From a virus, in the IMG/VR virus record IMGVR_UViG_3300010885_023630, positions 32,001 to 96,000 of that record: 64,000 nt of DNA. The stretch is one strand, 5' to 3'. The notes beneath the pieces were generated by a model, which was given only the letters and a program-made list of their open reading frames with translations, had not been told where the DNA came from and searched no databases. A program made the translations under genes and the position numbers. Position 1 is the first letter of the stretch. Each line of letters begins with the position of its first letter. Below are positions 1 through 9,462 of the stretch, piece by piece.

Positions 1-299
1 GACAATGTAATCTGTACTAAAATTCCGTTTGTTTGTTGTTTAACTACCACTTGTCCGGCAGTTAATCTAGGATCGTAACCGATGATTCTATTAATATCTT
101 CTTGTATTGTTTGACGTATGTTGTCAGTTAATGGCTCAAACAGTAAACTCCAGATAATTGTTCCAAAGTTTGGCTGCATCAGCTTTTCGCCTTTGCGTAT
201 ATTAAAATAGTTAATTAAGTCTTGTTTAGCCAATTCAAAATCATTCAGAGTAAAATTCTTAGGTTTTGATATTGTACTAAATCCACGATATGTTATCAT
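1..299 (-). CDS. gp25: Baseplate wedge protein gp25-like (3' end runs off the window)
   Basis: Manual translation from ATG 299: MITYRGFSTISKPKNFTLNDFELAKQDLINYFNIRKGEKLMQPNFGTIIWSLLFEPL...YDPRL. Contains the gp25/GPW motif (GE..M.P.FG...LFEP). TAAATA lies 5 nt upstream. Confidence 0.85.
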   Translation of the reverse strand, partial: MITYRGFSTISKPKNFTLNDFELAKQDLINYFNIRKGEKLMQPNFGTIIWSLLFEPLTDNIRQTIQEDINRIIGYDPRLTAGQVVVKQQTNGILVQITL

Positions 300-307
300 A
301 ATAGTAT

Positions 308-964
308 TTATTGACTTAAAACCGCCACTGCGTAGCGGCCACTGTTATACTGATTAGCCGCATTTCCTACAGCAAAATTGCGCCAGGCCCAGGCACCTGT
401 GCCCATTCTATTGTCAGCAGTTGGAGTATTGCCAGCTCCTAATGCCCACCCCACATACAACATTCCAGCTACTATGTCATTTGTATCTGCGTCTGTGATT
501 GCTTGATTTTTAGTCATGTCTTGATACAAGTCGTACAAACGTTGGTATGCCAGATGTTCTTGTGAACTTTGCGAAATTAAAAAATTGCTGGCATTATGTA
601 TATTGTACAAAAACCCTGATTTTAATTTTGACGCAAAGGCTGTACCGGTCCAACAACTTACGTAATTAACACAGGAATTACCAAAATGACTGTTTGACCC
701 CGGTTGTAAGAAACCGTATTCTTCTAGTGTAACACTATCAAATTGATAGCGGCCTAATTCGTTGTTTGGCCCAACTTTTTTATAATCCCACTCACTTAAA
801 TCGTAAGCTATTTGTGCTTGGAGATTTTTTATTTCTGTGACAGTTAATCTATTAAAATTTGATGTTGAGGGAACCGATAAAGGGGCATCAGGTAGCCCTA
901 GCCAGCTCACTGGCAAGGGATTAGTTACCGGTGTGCCTGTTGTAGTTCTAAATCCTGCGTCCAT
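308..964 (-). CDS. Lysozyme/lytic-transglycosylase-like baseplate-associated protein
   Basis: Y..VG.NN.LGRYQF motif and later Q...A segment resemble lysozyme-fold proteins; located between gp5 and gp25. Confidence 0.5.
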   Translation of the reverse strand: MDAGFRTTTGTPVTNPLPVSWLGLPDAPLSVPSTSNFNRLTVTEIKNLQAQIAYDLSEWDYKKVGPNNELGRYQFDSVTLEEYGFLQPGSNSHFGNSCVNYVSCWTGTAFASKLKSGFLYNIHNASNFLISQSSQEHLAYQRLYDLYQDMTKNQAITDADTNDIVAGMLYVGWALGAGNTPTADNRMGTGAWAWRNFAVGNAANQYNSGRYAVAVLSQ

Positions 965-965
965 C

Positions 966-2414
966 TTAGAATCCTAACATATTTGCTGACGGGGGTATCT
1001 GATGATTTGGTCGTTTTCCGTCAGCTGTAGTCCAGGGTTCGTGCGCCGGAGCCACTGTACAAATTGATTCAAGAGCACCTTCTTGAACAACCCAGTTTTT
1101 TCCCGACAATCCTGTGTCCATTAAACTATTTTTCTTTGCTGGCGCCACCGGTAATATAGGCACAGCAATTCCGCAGTTTAACATAACTGTTGCGCCGTTG
1201 ACTCGTGCAATGCCCATGCTTCCAACGCTACATACTGCTCCGCCAAATATACTGGCCATTGTTACACTACCAAGACTCAGTGGGCCGTCGGAGTGGGCAG
1301 TTAACCCCATTAAAGATTTTAAAGATATAGCACCATCCGATGAGATTATAATTCCATTGGCGCCGGCTTTTTGTCCGCCACTGGCATTCATTTTAATAGC
1401 AGGCGCCTGCATACTAATAAGCGCATCACTGTGAAAATTCATAGGGCCTTTTGTTCTGACATTAAATCCAGCTTGAGCAAAAATATTCATTTGCCCGTTG
1501 TTACTAAACTCTATCCAATGTGCTCCGCTGGCGCTGGCAATATATAAGACATTTTCTGTGTCATTCATTAATATTTGATGCCCGTTGGTAGTACGCAATC
1601 TAATCAATTGGTCGGTGCCTTCGGGATCTTGACCGCCCGTGGCTGCACCATCGTCCATGACAAACTGATGCCCACCTTTTCTAAAAGCCACTACATCGCC
1701 GGAATCGGGACTGCCATTTGGTTTACGTCCCGGTGTACTAATTCCGTATACGTTACTAGGAACTTCTCGCATACTACTCGAACTAATTGCTCCGCGTATT
1801 GGATCTCTATCCAATCCTTGAGCAATTAAAACAGAAGCTTGATATAAATGAGCATTTCTAGGTGTTGTTGTTAATCCGTCGGAGTCAAACGCAGTTTTGG
1901 CTTTTGTACTATATTCTCCCACTGGCAATATAGAATTTGAAAATGTTTCTGCTGATAGTTGTTTAGGGACTGTTGTTTTATCTTTGCCACCAATGTTACG
2001 ACCGTTAGCAGGAACCATATGGTGACTCGGACTATCGTATATACAAGCAAACCAGAAACCTCTATCTCTGTCTCCGTTGACAAACACGCATAATACTTGA
2101 CTACCAACGTCAGGCGGTACCATCCACATGCCGTAACTTTGTCCTGCTGTTACTTCATTGTCTGGCAACTCTTGTGTGTCTGTTCCAAATGTTTTTCCGT
2201 AAAAAGGACTTGCGTAACTGACTGTTAAATACCGTTCTTCATTGTTAGGAGTAGATCCAAATTCTGGAATATAAACTTTAAGTTGTCCCATCCTGGTGCC
2301 CTTGACATGGGAAATTACCGTGCCAATATAAGGACCGGGGTCTTTTTGTATACCTTCTCGTTCGCCAGAATCAGTACTATCTCTACCGGCGCCTGATTTT
2401 ACATTATCTTCCAT
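966..2414 (-). CDS. gp5: Baseplate central spike, gp5/VgrG-like
   Basis: N-terminal OB-fold motif GMWMVPPDVGSQVLCVFVNGD..GFWFAC, GHQFVMDD / RTTNGHQILMND beta-helix repeats, C-terminal PAHEPW. Confidence 0.8.
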   Translation of the reverse strand: MEDNVKSGAGRDSTDSGEREGIQKDPGPYIGTVISHVKGTRMGQLKVYIPEFGSTPNNEERYLTVSYASPFYGKTFGTDTQELPDNEVTAGQSYGMWMVPPDVGSQVLCVFVNGDRDRGFWFACIYDSPSHHMVPANGRNIGGKDKTTVPKQLSAETFSNSILPVGEYSTKAKTAFDSDGLTTTPRNAHLYQASVLIAQGLDRDPIRGAISSSSMREVPSNVYGISTPGRKPNGSPDSGDVVAFRKGGHQFVMDDGAATGGQDPEGTDQLIRLRTTNGHQILMNDTENVLYIASASGAHWIEFSNNGQMNIFAQAGFNVRTKGPMNFHSDALISMQAPAIKMNASGGQKAGANGIIISSDGAISLKSLMGLTAHSDGPLSLGSVTMASIFGGAVCSVGSMGIARVNGATVMLNCGIAVPILPVAPAKKNSLMDTGLSGKNWVVQEGALESICTVAPAHEPWTTADGKRPNHQIPPSANMLGF

Positions 2415-2417
2415 TGA

Positions 2418-4541
2418 TTACTCTCTTGCATTGTTGACAATTAACGTTTGTGTTCCGCCCAATGTAACAACTCCGTTTTTAGTTGCTGTAGCACTTTGAT
2501 TTAATTTATTTAAATCAATTGACTGTTGTACCTGACTACGCAGGCCCGTTTTGGCTTTTTGATACTTGGCAATATAGTCTTGGTTTATATACCTAGTCAT
2601 ATTTAACTTTTGCGTAAACTGACCTTTTTCAAATGTACTGTCAACACTGACTATTTTGTACTGTCCAGAAAATACACTTGAGGACTGCGATATACTTGGA
2701 TCAGGAAACCCAAGTCCTTTATTTTGCCCTTCGTATTCTGTATCCATATCAAGTATGGTGTTTATGTTAAACAGTACCGGGATTTCTCCAGTATCCATAC
2801 GCATGTGGCCATATTTTGCCATAAACTGTGTTTGTGATTCCCATTTATTATAGCGTGTTGATTCTGTTGGGCTTGGTATATATAACCAATCGTCTTGTTT
2901 TAGTAAAGTAGGGTCTCCAACTATGGTTATATCAACACCAACCATATCACCATTGTTGCGGCTATATAATCCTCTGAGAACATCTATACCATCTTGTGCC
3001 GGTGGATTATTTAAGATACCAAAACCTCTTGTTGCTGAGGCAGATGCTGTGGTTGGTAAAATCTTCATTGGGGAAACTGTGGGCACAGCCCCAAGTTGTG
3101 TGTACAATCGAGAAAATAAATTAGGATTTAAAAAGATAGTACCTTGTTGATTTAAAATATTCCATTTTAGCGAATCCGGTGTTGCCGCTTGTGCCACAAC
3201 CACATCTTTAAAAGCATTAACCGGTGTAAAATAAGAATGTTTAAAATCCAATTTCATATTAATAATGTCAATATTTTGACCAGTATAGTAATAATCATAT
3301 TGCTTACAGTTGTAAGGTATACTATCCGAAAATAAAGGTAATTTTGGATGATTGCTGGTCCAGGTAGAGTATTGATGTATCTTATATTTTACTTTTCTAG
3401 CGTAGCACCCACGTTTAGGATCAAATGCCTGTGTGCCTACTTGTATGCCACCATTTTTATCTATTCCCTGGTACGTAACTGCCGCCACAGTTCTGAATGC
3501 GTTAAAGATGCCTTCTTGATTTCCGCTGGCGTCTGGGCTTTGTAGTTTTAACTGAGTTTGAATAATATACTCTGATGCGGCCAATATACGATTAATAATA
3601 TCAACAATGGGCGTATCTTTTTTTATATTAAATCTTCGTTTGTTGATATTCAATCCTGTTGTTTCAGCGGCGCCTTCCATTGTGGCAGCGTCTAATAGAG
3701 AACTATCATTTTTAAATGTAATTTTACTTTTTGCTATTGCCGGATTAATATCAAATTCGTACTGATCAGCAAGTCCGTAACCTTTACCAACTTGCTGTTT
3801 ATAGTAGTTGTTTAGTCTGGCTGTAAATGAATTAGGTTTATCTTTATTAAAAAAATCATCAACGGTTTCTGCTTCAATGCCGTCTATGTTTGTTTGAACT
3901 TTTCCGTGTTCGTTTCCCCAGGCCTTGGCGCCCCAATTGGTAAAATCAAATACATACTCTGTTCCCTTAGAAGAACTATGAGTGATAGCACTATTATTAA
4001 TTCTAATAGGAAAACGTTTTCTGTATAAATTTGTCAAGCTGTCTGGTATAGGATTACCAGCATCGTCCCATCCTTTGAAATTTAATTCTAGTAGCCACGG
4101 TCTGTCTACCCAGCTTTCAAATTGTTTTGACTGGACATTAAAACTTGCAGCAACCATAGCATCAATTAAACTAATGCCATAAGGTTCAACTATAGTAATT
4201 TTTCCTTCTATTTGATTAGAATGTCTATTTCTTTCGTTAAGTGCTAGTGTAGTAAGAAATTGTACTTTTTCAATATTAAAATTTAATCCAAACGTGCTCG
4301 GTAGCCGGCGGGTTGGATAAAGCCCAGCATCTTCGGCAATTACATAACTACTTGTACTTAATTCATATGCCAATGCTTGGTCAACATCCGGGGAAGTCAT
4401 TAAATTGTTGTAATCGTCTATGTCCAGCCACCACAATGTGAATGTGTAGGTAGAGCTTGCCCAATCGTGTAGCGGGTTTAATACTATATTACAAGGTGAT
4501 GGAGCACGAATATCAACCTGAGGTAAAACTGGGTTTGCCAT
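2418..4541 (-). CDS. Baseplate hub protein (gp27/late-control-D-like)
   Basis: 707 aa, upstream of gp5; C-terminal ITIVGDP...FSGQYKIVSVDSTFEKGQFTQKLNM is typical of hub proteins. Confidence 0.6.
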   Translation of the reverse strand: MANPVLPQVDIRAPSPCNIVLNPLHDWASSTYTFTLWWLDIDDYNNLMTSPDVDQALAYELSTSSYVIAEDAGLYPTRRLPSTFGLNFNIEKVQFLTTLALNERNRHSNQIEGKITIVEPYGISLIDAMVAASFNVQSKQFESWVDRPWLLELNFKGWDDAGNPIPDSLTNLYRKRFPIRINNSAITHSSSKGTEYVFDFTNWGAKAWGNEHGKVQTNIDGIEAETVDDFFNKDKPNSFTARLNNYYKQQVGKGYGLADQYEFDINPAIAKSKITFKNDSSLLDAATMEGAAETTGLNINKRRFNIKKDTPIVDIINRILAASEYIIQTQLKLQSPDASGNQEGIFNAFRTVAAVTYQGIDKNGGIQVGTQAFDPKRGCYARKVKYKIHQYSTWTSNHPKLPLFSDSIPYNCKQYDYYYTGQNIDIINMKLDFKHSYFTPVNAFKDVVVAQAATPDSLKWNILNQQGTIFLNPNLFSRLYTQLGAVPTVSPMKILPTTASASATRGFGILNNPPAQDGIDVLRGLYSRNNGDMVGVDITIVGDPTLLKQDDWLYIPSPTESTRYNKWESQTQFMAKYGHMRMDTGEIPVLFNINTILDMDTEYEGQNKGLGFPDPSISQSSSVFSGQYKIVSVDSTFEKGQFTQKLNMTRYINQDYIAKYQKAKTGLRSQVQQSIDLNKLNQSATATKNGVVTLGGTQTLIVNNARE

Positions 4542-4542
4542 A

Positions 4543-4842
4543 TTAAACTCCTAGGTTTTGTTTGACCACCGCTATAGTAGGAACATATATAATTGTTCCG
4601 GTAGTGAAGTTCATGAGTGGGTCTAATAGAATATCTGGATTGCGTACAGCAAATACCCACCATAGGTTACTGTCTTTATAAATGTCGTGCGCTAATAGAT
4701 CTGGCCGTAAATTGTATTGCGAGTCGATTTGATACACAGCGTCACTGACATCGGGTTCGATAGTTTTTCCGGGCCAAACATCTAAGAATTGCCCCCATAG
4801 TTGAGTGCCATAGTATGGACTTGCTTTGCTATAGGTAGACAT
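4543..4842 (-). CDS. Baseplate wedge LysM-like protein (gp53/tail X-like)
   Basis: RPDLLAHDIYKDSNLWWVFAVRNP...IYVP motif. Confidence 0.75.
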   Translation of the reverse strand: MSTYSKASPYYGTQLWGQFLDVWPGKTIEPDVSDAVYQIDSQYNLRPDLLAHDIYKDSNLWWVFAVRNPDILLDPLMNFTTGTIIYVPTIAVVKQNLGV

Positions 4843-5873
4843 TATAGGAATCCGCCCACTGGAGGGCTAGTTACGTTTTTAGCTTTCTGACTCACACCAA
4901 ATGCAGTTACTGGATTTCCACCGGCTACTCCTCTGCCACCGCCCTGAGCATTGACCAATGCCCCGCGAGCAAAATCTTCAAGACTATAGCCGCCACTCTG
5001 TGCCATGCGACTGTAGACCGGCTGTAATGATAAAGTTATTTTACTGGTAGTAGGCATTCGTGTGCTGTTCAACGCTAAACTTTGTGTCTGGTATCTAGGA
5101 TTGTAAGCTGTCTGTGTAACTTGAACTTCGGGAATATCCATGTAGTCAACGTCCGATGGCATAGTGTGAGCGAAACTTGTTACCACACAAGGAACGTTGG
5201 GCAAATAATATTGTCCATATCCGTTTAAGAACACCAATGGCGGAGGGTTACCTGCTTTGGGATCCATACCAAAAAACATTTTTGTTAATGCTCTAAAAAA
5301 GTAAATTGTGGCCATTAAGTATTGACCTTCGTCGACACTTTGTACAGTAAACTCAGTGTTGATAGTAATTGCTTCTACTTCTGAATTTTCATAAAAATAA
5401 CTAGTGTAGTTATTATGTGTAAGTTTTTGTGGGGTGTAATTTGCCTTGTGTGTTACTGTAATTTCAGGCGTGTAAGGAAATACCACGCCAATCCTGTTGG
5501 CAAATTGGGCACCAGCTGCACGTCCAATGGCGTTGGCAATGGCATTTGCCGCCCCAGAACTGGCCGGTTCTTTCCATAATGGTTGCATTACTAGATTTGA
5601 TTTGTCAGCATAAAAATAATCGGCGCCCCTGGGCAAACTAACACGCACCCGCCAGTCTGTACTAGCATCAGGGAAAATATACTGCGGCGTAGCCTGTGAT
5701 TGCGTTGTGCTGTACCTAAACATACCAGCTACGTTTAGTGGCTCGTGTCCCAAGGCTCCGCTTTGCCCAAGGCCACCCAAGGCGCTGGAAGTAACAGCGT
5801 TAATTATCGTGTCGCCGATGTTTTGTCCTTGTATAGAAGCGCCCGGTAGCACGGAGTTTGGTAATACTGGCAT
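4842..5873 (-). CDS. Baseplate tail-tube initiator/cap (gp48/gp54-like)
   Basis: FPYTPEI...GNPPPLVFLNGYG...VPCVVTSF motif. Start chosen at ATG 5873 (MPVLPN), below the late promoter at 5897-5902. Confidence 0.55.
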   Translation of the reverse strand: MPVLPNSVLPGASIQGQNIGDTIINAVTSSALGGLGQSGALGHEPLNVAGMFRYSTTQSQATPQYIFPDASTDWRVRVSLPRGADYFYADKSNLVMQPLWKEPASSGAANAIANAIGRAAGAQFANRIGVVFPYTPEITVTHKANYTPQKLTHNNYTSYFYENSEVEAITINTEFTVQSVDEGQYLMATIYFFRALTKMFFGMDPKAGNPPPLVFLNGYGQYYLPNVPCVVTSFAHTMPSDVDYMDIPEVQVTQTAYNPRYQTQSLALNSTRMPTTSKITLSLQPVYSRMAQSGGYSLEDFARGALVNAQGGGRGVAGGNPVTAFGVSQKAKNVTSPPVGGFL

Positions 5874-5896
5874 AATTGTTTCCAATGGTTATATTG

Positions 5897-5902
5897 TATT
5901 TA
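5897..5902 (-). promoter_or_regulatory. T4-type late promoter (TAAATA) for the baseplate operon
   Basis: GGTAAATACAA on the minus strand; the same hexamer precedes most structural transcription units. Confidence 0.65.
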
Positions 5903-5948
5903 CCGAAGCCATAAACGGCTAAGATAATGTTTTAGTTTTTTAAAGAGG

Positions 5949-5978
5949 TTGACCTTTTGATGATAATTATGTTAGTAT
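5949..5978 (+). promoter_or_regulatory. Sigma70-like early/middle promoter for gp55
   Basis: TTGACC-N18-TAGTAT with extended TG. Confidence 0.5.
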
Positions 5979-6002
5979 GTGCTAACTTTAAAGGATTCGA
6001 AG

Positions 6003-6887
6003 GTGCGCCATAATTATCTTAATAACAAAGACATTTTAAAAGAAATTCACAAGAGCAAAACAACCTACTGCTCATATATTAACAAAGTAGAAGATGCCGA
6101 TTATGACATTATTTTACCAGATGTTGATAAAATAAACAAAAAAAACATACTACAAGCCCGTAAAAATAGAGCAGAACGTCTTGCTAAACTAGCACACGAA
6201 GAAGCCACTAAAGACGGTGTTAAACGTAAACTCGACGAATTTGAAATTAAACTCAAAGACGTTGCTCAAACAGATGTGGTATTTCGCATCATGACATGGG
6301 ACCATATTCCAATTGATGATGTTAAAAGCCGAAAAGCCGCAGTTAAAGCAATGGAAGAAGAAGGCGGGCCAGTTCGTTCAGAATACGACGACGATGAGCT
6401 AGACCTAATCGGCAATACCAAATATGTCAAAGTAAATTTCCCGCCGTTTCAGCACTATCGTGTTGACACAGAAGGCGCACCTGTACTAGTGGGCAAAAGC
6501 CAATGGAAGGGTGATTTAACAACAGGTTCCTATAGCAGGGATCACGGAAACATGACGCCAAAATTGGCTCATATGTTTATTAAACTGTGTGAGCGTTATG
6601 CCACTCGCAGTAACTGGAGAGGATACACCTACAATGAAGAAATGCGCGGACAAGCCCTGTTACAACTCAGCCAAATTGGACTACAATTTGACGAATCAAA
6701 ATCGCAGAACCCTTTTGCGTATTATACTGCCGCTATCACTAATAGCTTTACTCGTGTCCTAAACATTGAAAAACGTAATCAGAACCTACGTGACGATATT
6801 TTAGAAATGAACAACCTAACCCCAAGTTACACACGTCAGGGAATGAAAATTAGTTCAGGTGGCGATGGTGGTGGCTACGACGATTGA
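6003..6887 (+). CDS. gp55: Late transcription sigma factor gp55-like
   Basis: N-terminal YLNNKDILKEI and C-terminal RSNWRGYTYNEEM...FDESKSQNPFAYYT motifs; adjacent to gp47/gp46. Likely GTG start at 6003 after AAGGA. Confidence 0.85.
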   Translation: MRHNYLNNKDILKEIHKSKTTYCSYINKVEDADYDIILPDVDKINKKNILQARKNRAERLAKLAHEEATKDGVKRKLDEFEIKLKDVAQTDVVFRIMTWDHIPIDDVKSRKAAVKAMEEEGGPVRSEYDDDELDLIGNTKYVKVNFPPFQHYRVDTEGAPVLVGKSQWKGDLTTGSYSRDHGNMTPKLAHMFIKLCERYATRSNWRGYTYNEEMRGQALLQLSQIGLQFDESKSQNPFAYYTAAITNSFTRVLNIEKRNQNLRDDILEMNNLTPSYTRQGMKISSGGDGGGYDD

Positions 6888-6898
6888 TAAAATTAGTG

Positions 6899-6927
6899 TT
6901 GACTAAGTCAACAAAGTAGTCTATACT
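6899..6927 (+). promoter_or_regulatory. Sigma70-like promoter, -35 embedded in a palindrome
   Basis: TTGACT-N17-TATACT; ATG follows 6 nt after the -10. Confidence 0.75.
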
Positions 6928-6933
6928 GTTTAA

Positions 6934-7953
6934 ATGACAAATCTATTCAAAAAAGCCGCTATCTTTACGGATATTCACTTTGGACTCAAATCAAACAGCA
7001 CACTACATAACGAAGATTGTTTAAATTTTGTTAAGTGGGCAACTGCTAAAGCCAAGGAGGAAGGTTGCGAAACTTGCCTCTTTCTTGGAGATTGGCACAA
7101 CAATAGAGCCAGCATCAACATTCTTACACTAGGCTACAGCCTACGTGCGCTGGAGCATATGAATGACAACTTTGACAATGTGTACTTTATTCCTGGTAAC
7201 CATGATCTTTATTATAGGGATAAGAGAGATGTCCAAAGTGTTGAATGGGCAAAACATTTACCTAACATCCATATTGTTAATGATTGGTTTGACAGTGGTA
7301 ACGTTACTATTGCCCCTTGGCTTGTGGCCGACGATCACAAGCGTCTTAAACGACTCAAAGGTAAATATATGTTTGGGCACTTCGAATTGCCTGGCTACTT
7401 AATGAATGCCATGGTTGCCATGCCCGATCACGGTGAAGTAGATCCTAAAAACGATTTAGCAGGTTTTGAGCACGTATTCTCAGGGCATTTCCACAAGCGT
7501 CAAACTAAAGGCAATATCACTTATGTAGGTAATTGCTTCCCGCACAACTATGCGGACGCCGGCGATGATGACCGTGGACTAATGATATTGGAGTGGGACA
7601 AAGAACCCGAGTATCATGCGTGGCCCGATCAACCTATATATCGTGTGTTCCAACTAAGCGATGTACTTAAACATACCGAAGTAATGCTTAAACCAAACAT
7701 GCACGTTCGTGTTAACTTAGACATTGATATCAGTTACGAAGAAGCCACCTTTATCAAAGAAACATTTATTGATACTTATAAGTTACGTGAAATTACCTTA
7801 ATACCGGCCAAGACAACAGATCTAACTGACTACGAAATTCAAGGTAACATAGAATTTGAAAGTGTCGACCAAATTGTGTTTAGTCAATTAAGCACAATCG
7901 ATAGTAATCAATACAACCCAAACCTACTGTTGGATATCTATAGAAATTTATAA
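6934..7953 (+). CDS. gp47: Recombination endonuclease subunit (Mre11/SbcD-like)
   Basis: Metallophosphoesterase motifs DIHFG, GDWH, GNHD, GHFH. Confidence 0.92.
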   Translation: MTNLFKKAAIFTDIHFGLKSNSTLHNEDCLNFVKWATAKAKEEGCETCLFLGDWHNNRASINILTLGYSLRALEHMNDNFDNVYFIPGNHDLYYRDKRDVQSVEWAKHLPNIHIVNDWFDSGNVTIAPWLVADDHKRLKRLKGKYMFGHFELPGYLMNAMVAMPDHGEVDPKNDLAGFEHVFSGHFHKRQTKGNITYVGNCFPHNYADAGDDDRGLMILEWDKEPEYHAWPDQPIYRVFQLSDVLKHTEVMLKPNMHVRVNLDIDISYEEATFIKETFIDTYKLREITLIPAKTTDLTDYEIQGNIEFESVDQIVFSQLSTIDSNQYNPNLLLDIYRNL

Positions 7954-9462
7954 ATGAATACCATTACCCGAGACTGTATTAACAGAGATATAAAGTTATT
8001 CCAGTTTAAAGAAGCCGAATTAGATCGTACATACAATTACGAAGAATTCTGTTGGCTCATTGACCGCTGGAAAATACTGCTAGTTGACAAATATAAAGCC
8101 GAGCGTGGGCAAACTTGTTTAATTGATTATACGTTTATTAGCCCCATGTACTTTGCCGCTATCTTTGCTGCAAGCGAACTAGGATTAATCTTAATTGTTG
8201 ATTTGCCGCATTGTTATAATGATCAAGATGTGTTAAGTTACAAAGTAAACATGCATGGTAAAATTGATTATATTATTACTCACGAAGTAAAATACAATCC
8301 TGATCATGTGTTTTATTTTGAATATGATCTTAAGCGTAATGCCCATATAGGGAAGAATGTAATATTTCAGCGGGAGTTACACGAGCACGTTTCCAGTAAT
8401 CCCGATTTAATCAACACCGTCAGCAAACTTATATGGTGTAGGCCCGAAGATACATTAGTCTATGCCTGTAGCAGTGGCACAACCGGTTTGCCTAAACGCA
8501 TACAAGATAATCACGAAAAAATCTATTTGATGGCAAAGCGTCTTGAAACAAACATGGGCTTTGAATCAACGGACAAGATTTTACATACTCGCAACATACA
8601 CCACGGAGCAAGTATGGTTTATCATTTCTTGCCTAGCTTTATGTGCGGTGGATCGCAATACACTCCAGGATTCACAGTAGACGATTTATCTGAAGCGGGA
8701 ATTAAACGAATAATTAAATTTGTTAAAGACTATCAAATTGATCATGTGTTTTTATATCGTCCAGAGTTTTTATATAACTTTTTAAACTACTGCGAAGCAT
8801 TGCCGTTTCCTTTTAAAATACAGACCTTATTCCAATTTGGAGAAGATGTATTAAAAATGGCACACGAAAAAAATGCTCGTTGGATTAGCGTTAGCTTTGG
8901 CGATACACACATTGGGCTAGGTTTGTTTACTAAAATTGTCGACACACGCCAATTGCCCAAGGATTACGTTCCTAATAACTTTGGACCAGCTAGAGATGAT
9001 TTTTACGAATACGAATTACGCGATCATAAACTCTATGTCAGAATACCTAGCATAGGTCAAGATTGGAAAACCAGTAACGATAAGTTTGATCTAGTCAATG
9101 GAGAATACATTTTCGAAGGACGTGCGGACCAATATCGTATTGGCGAGGAGTGGATAGACTTTGATGCGATGGATCGGGCAGTTAAAGAGATTTTTAAGGG
9201 AGCGGCTAGTTTTAGTCTGGACTTTGAAATGCAAAAGCTGTATTTGGCTGTATGGAAAGATAACCCTACAGCAGAAAAAGAGTTTGACGAATACTTAAAA
9301 ACAAACTACGAAGCCGTACGTGTTGCGTATGTACTAAGAGATCAAAACGTTAAAGAGTTTTTTAACGGAAGAAAAATTGATTTATCAAAAATTAGAGACT
9401 ACGGCCGAGCAGGACTAGGCATTCGATTAGAAGACACATTTTTAAAAGGAAATTTAAGGTGA
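7954..9462 (+). CDS. Adenylate-forming (ANL / acyl-CoA ligase-like) enzyme, copy 1
   Basis: SSGTTGLPK P-loop, HHGAS, SFGDT, TSND..GRAD and terminal RKID lysine. Confidence 0.8.
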   Translation: MNTITRDCINRDIKLFQFKEAELDRTYNYEEFCWLIDRWKILLVDKYKAERGQTCLIDYTFISPMYFAAIFAASELGLILIVDLPHCYNDQDVLSYKVNMHGKIDYIITHEVKYNPDHVFYFEYDLKRNAHIGKNVIFQRELHEHVSSNPDLINTVSKLIWCRPEDTLVYACSSGTTGLPKRIQDNHEKIYLMAKRLETNMGFESTDKILHTRNIHHGASMVYHFLPSFMCGGSQYTPGFTVDDLSEAGIKRIIKFVKDYQIDHVFLYRPEFLYNFLNYCEALPFPFKIQTLFQFGEDVLKMAHEKNARWISVSFGDTHIGLGLFTKIVDTRQLPKDYVPNNFGPARDDFYEYELRDHKLYVRIPSIGQDWKTSNDKFDLVNGEYIFEGRADQYRIGEEWIDFDAMDRAVKEIFKGAASFSLDFEMQKLYLAVWKDNPTAEKEFDEYLKTNYEAVRVAYVLRDQNVKEFFNGRKIDLSKIRDYGRAGLGIRLEDTFLKGNLR

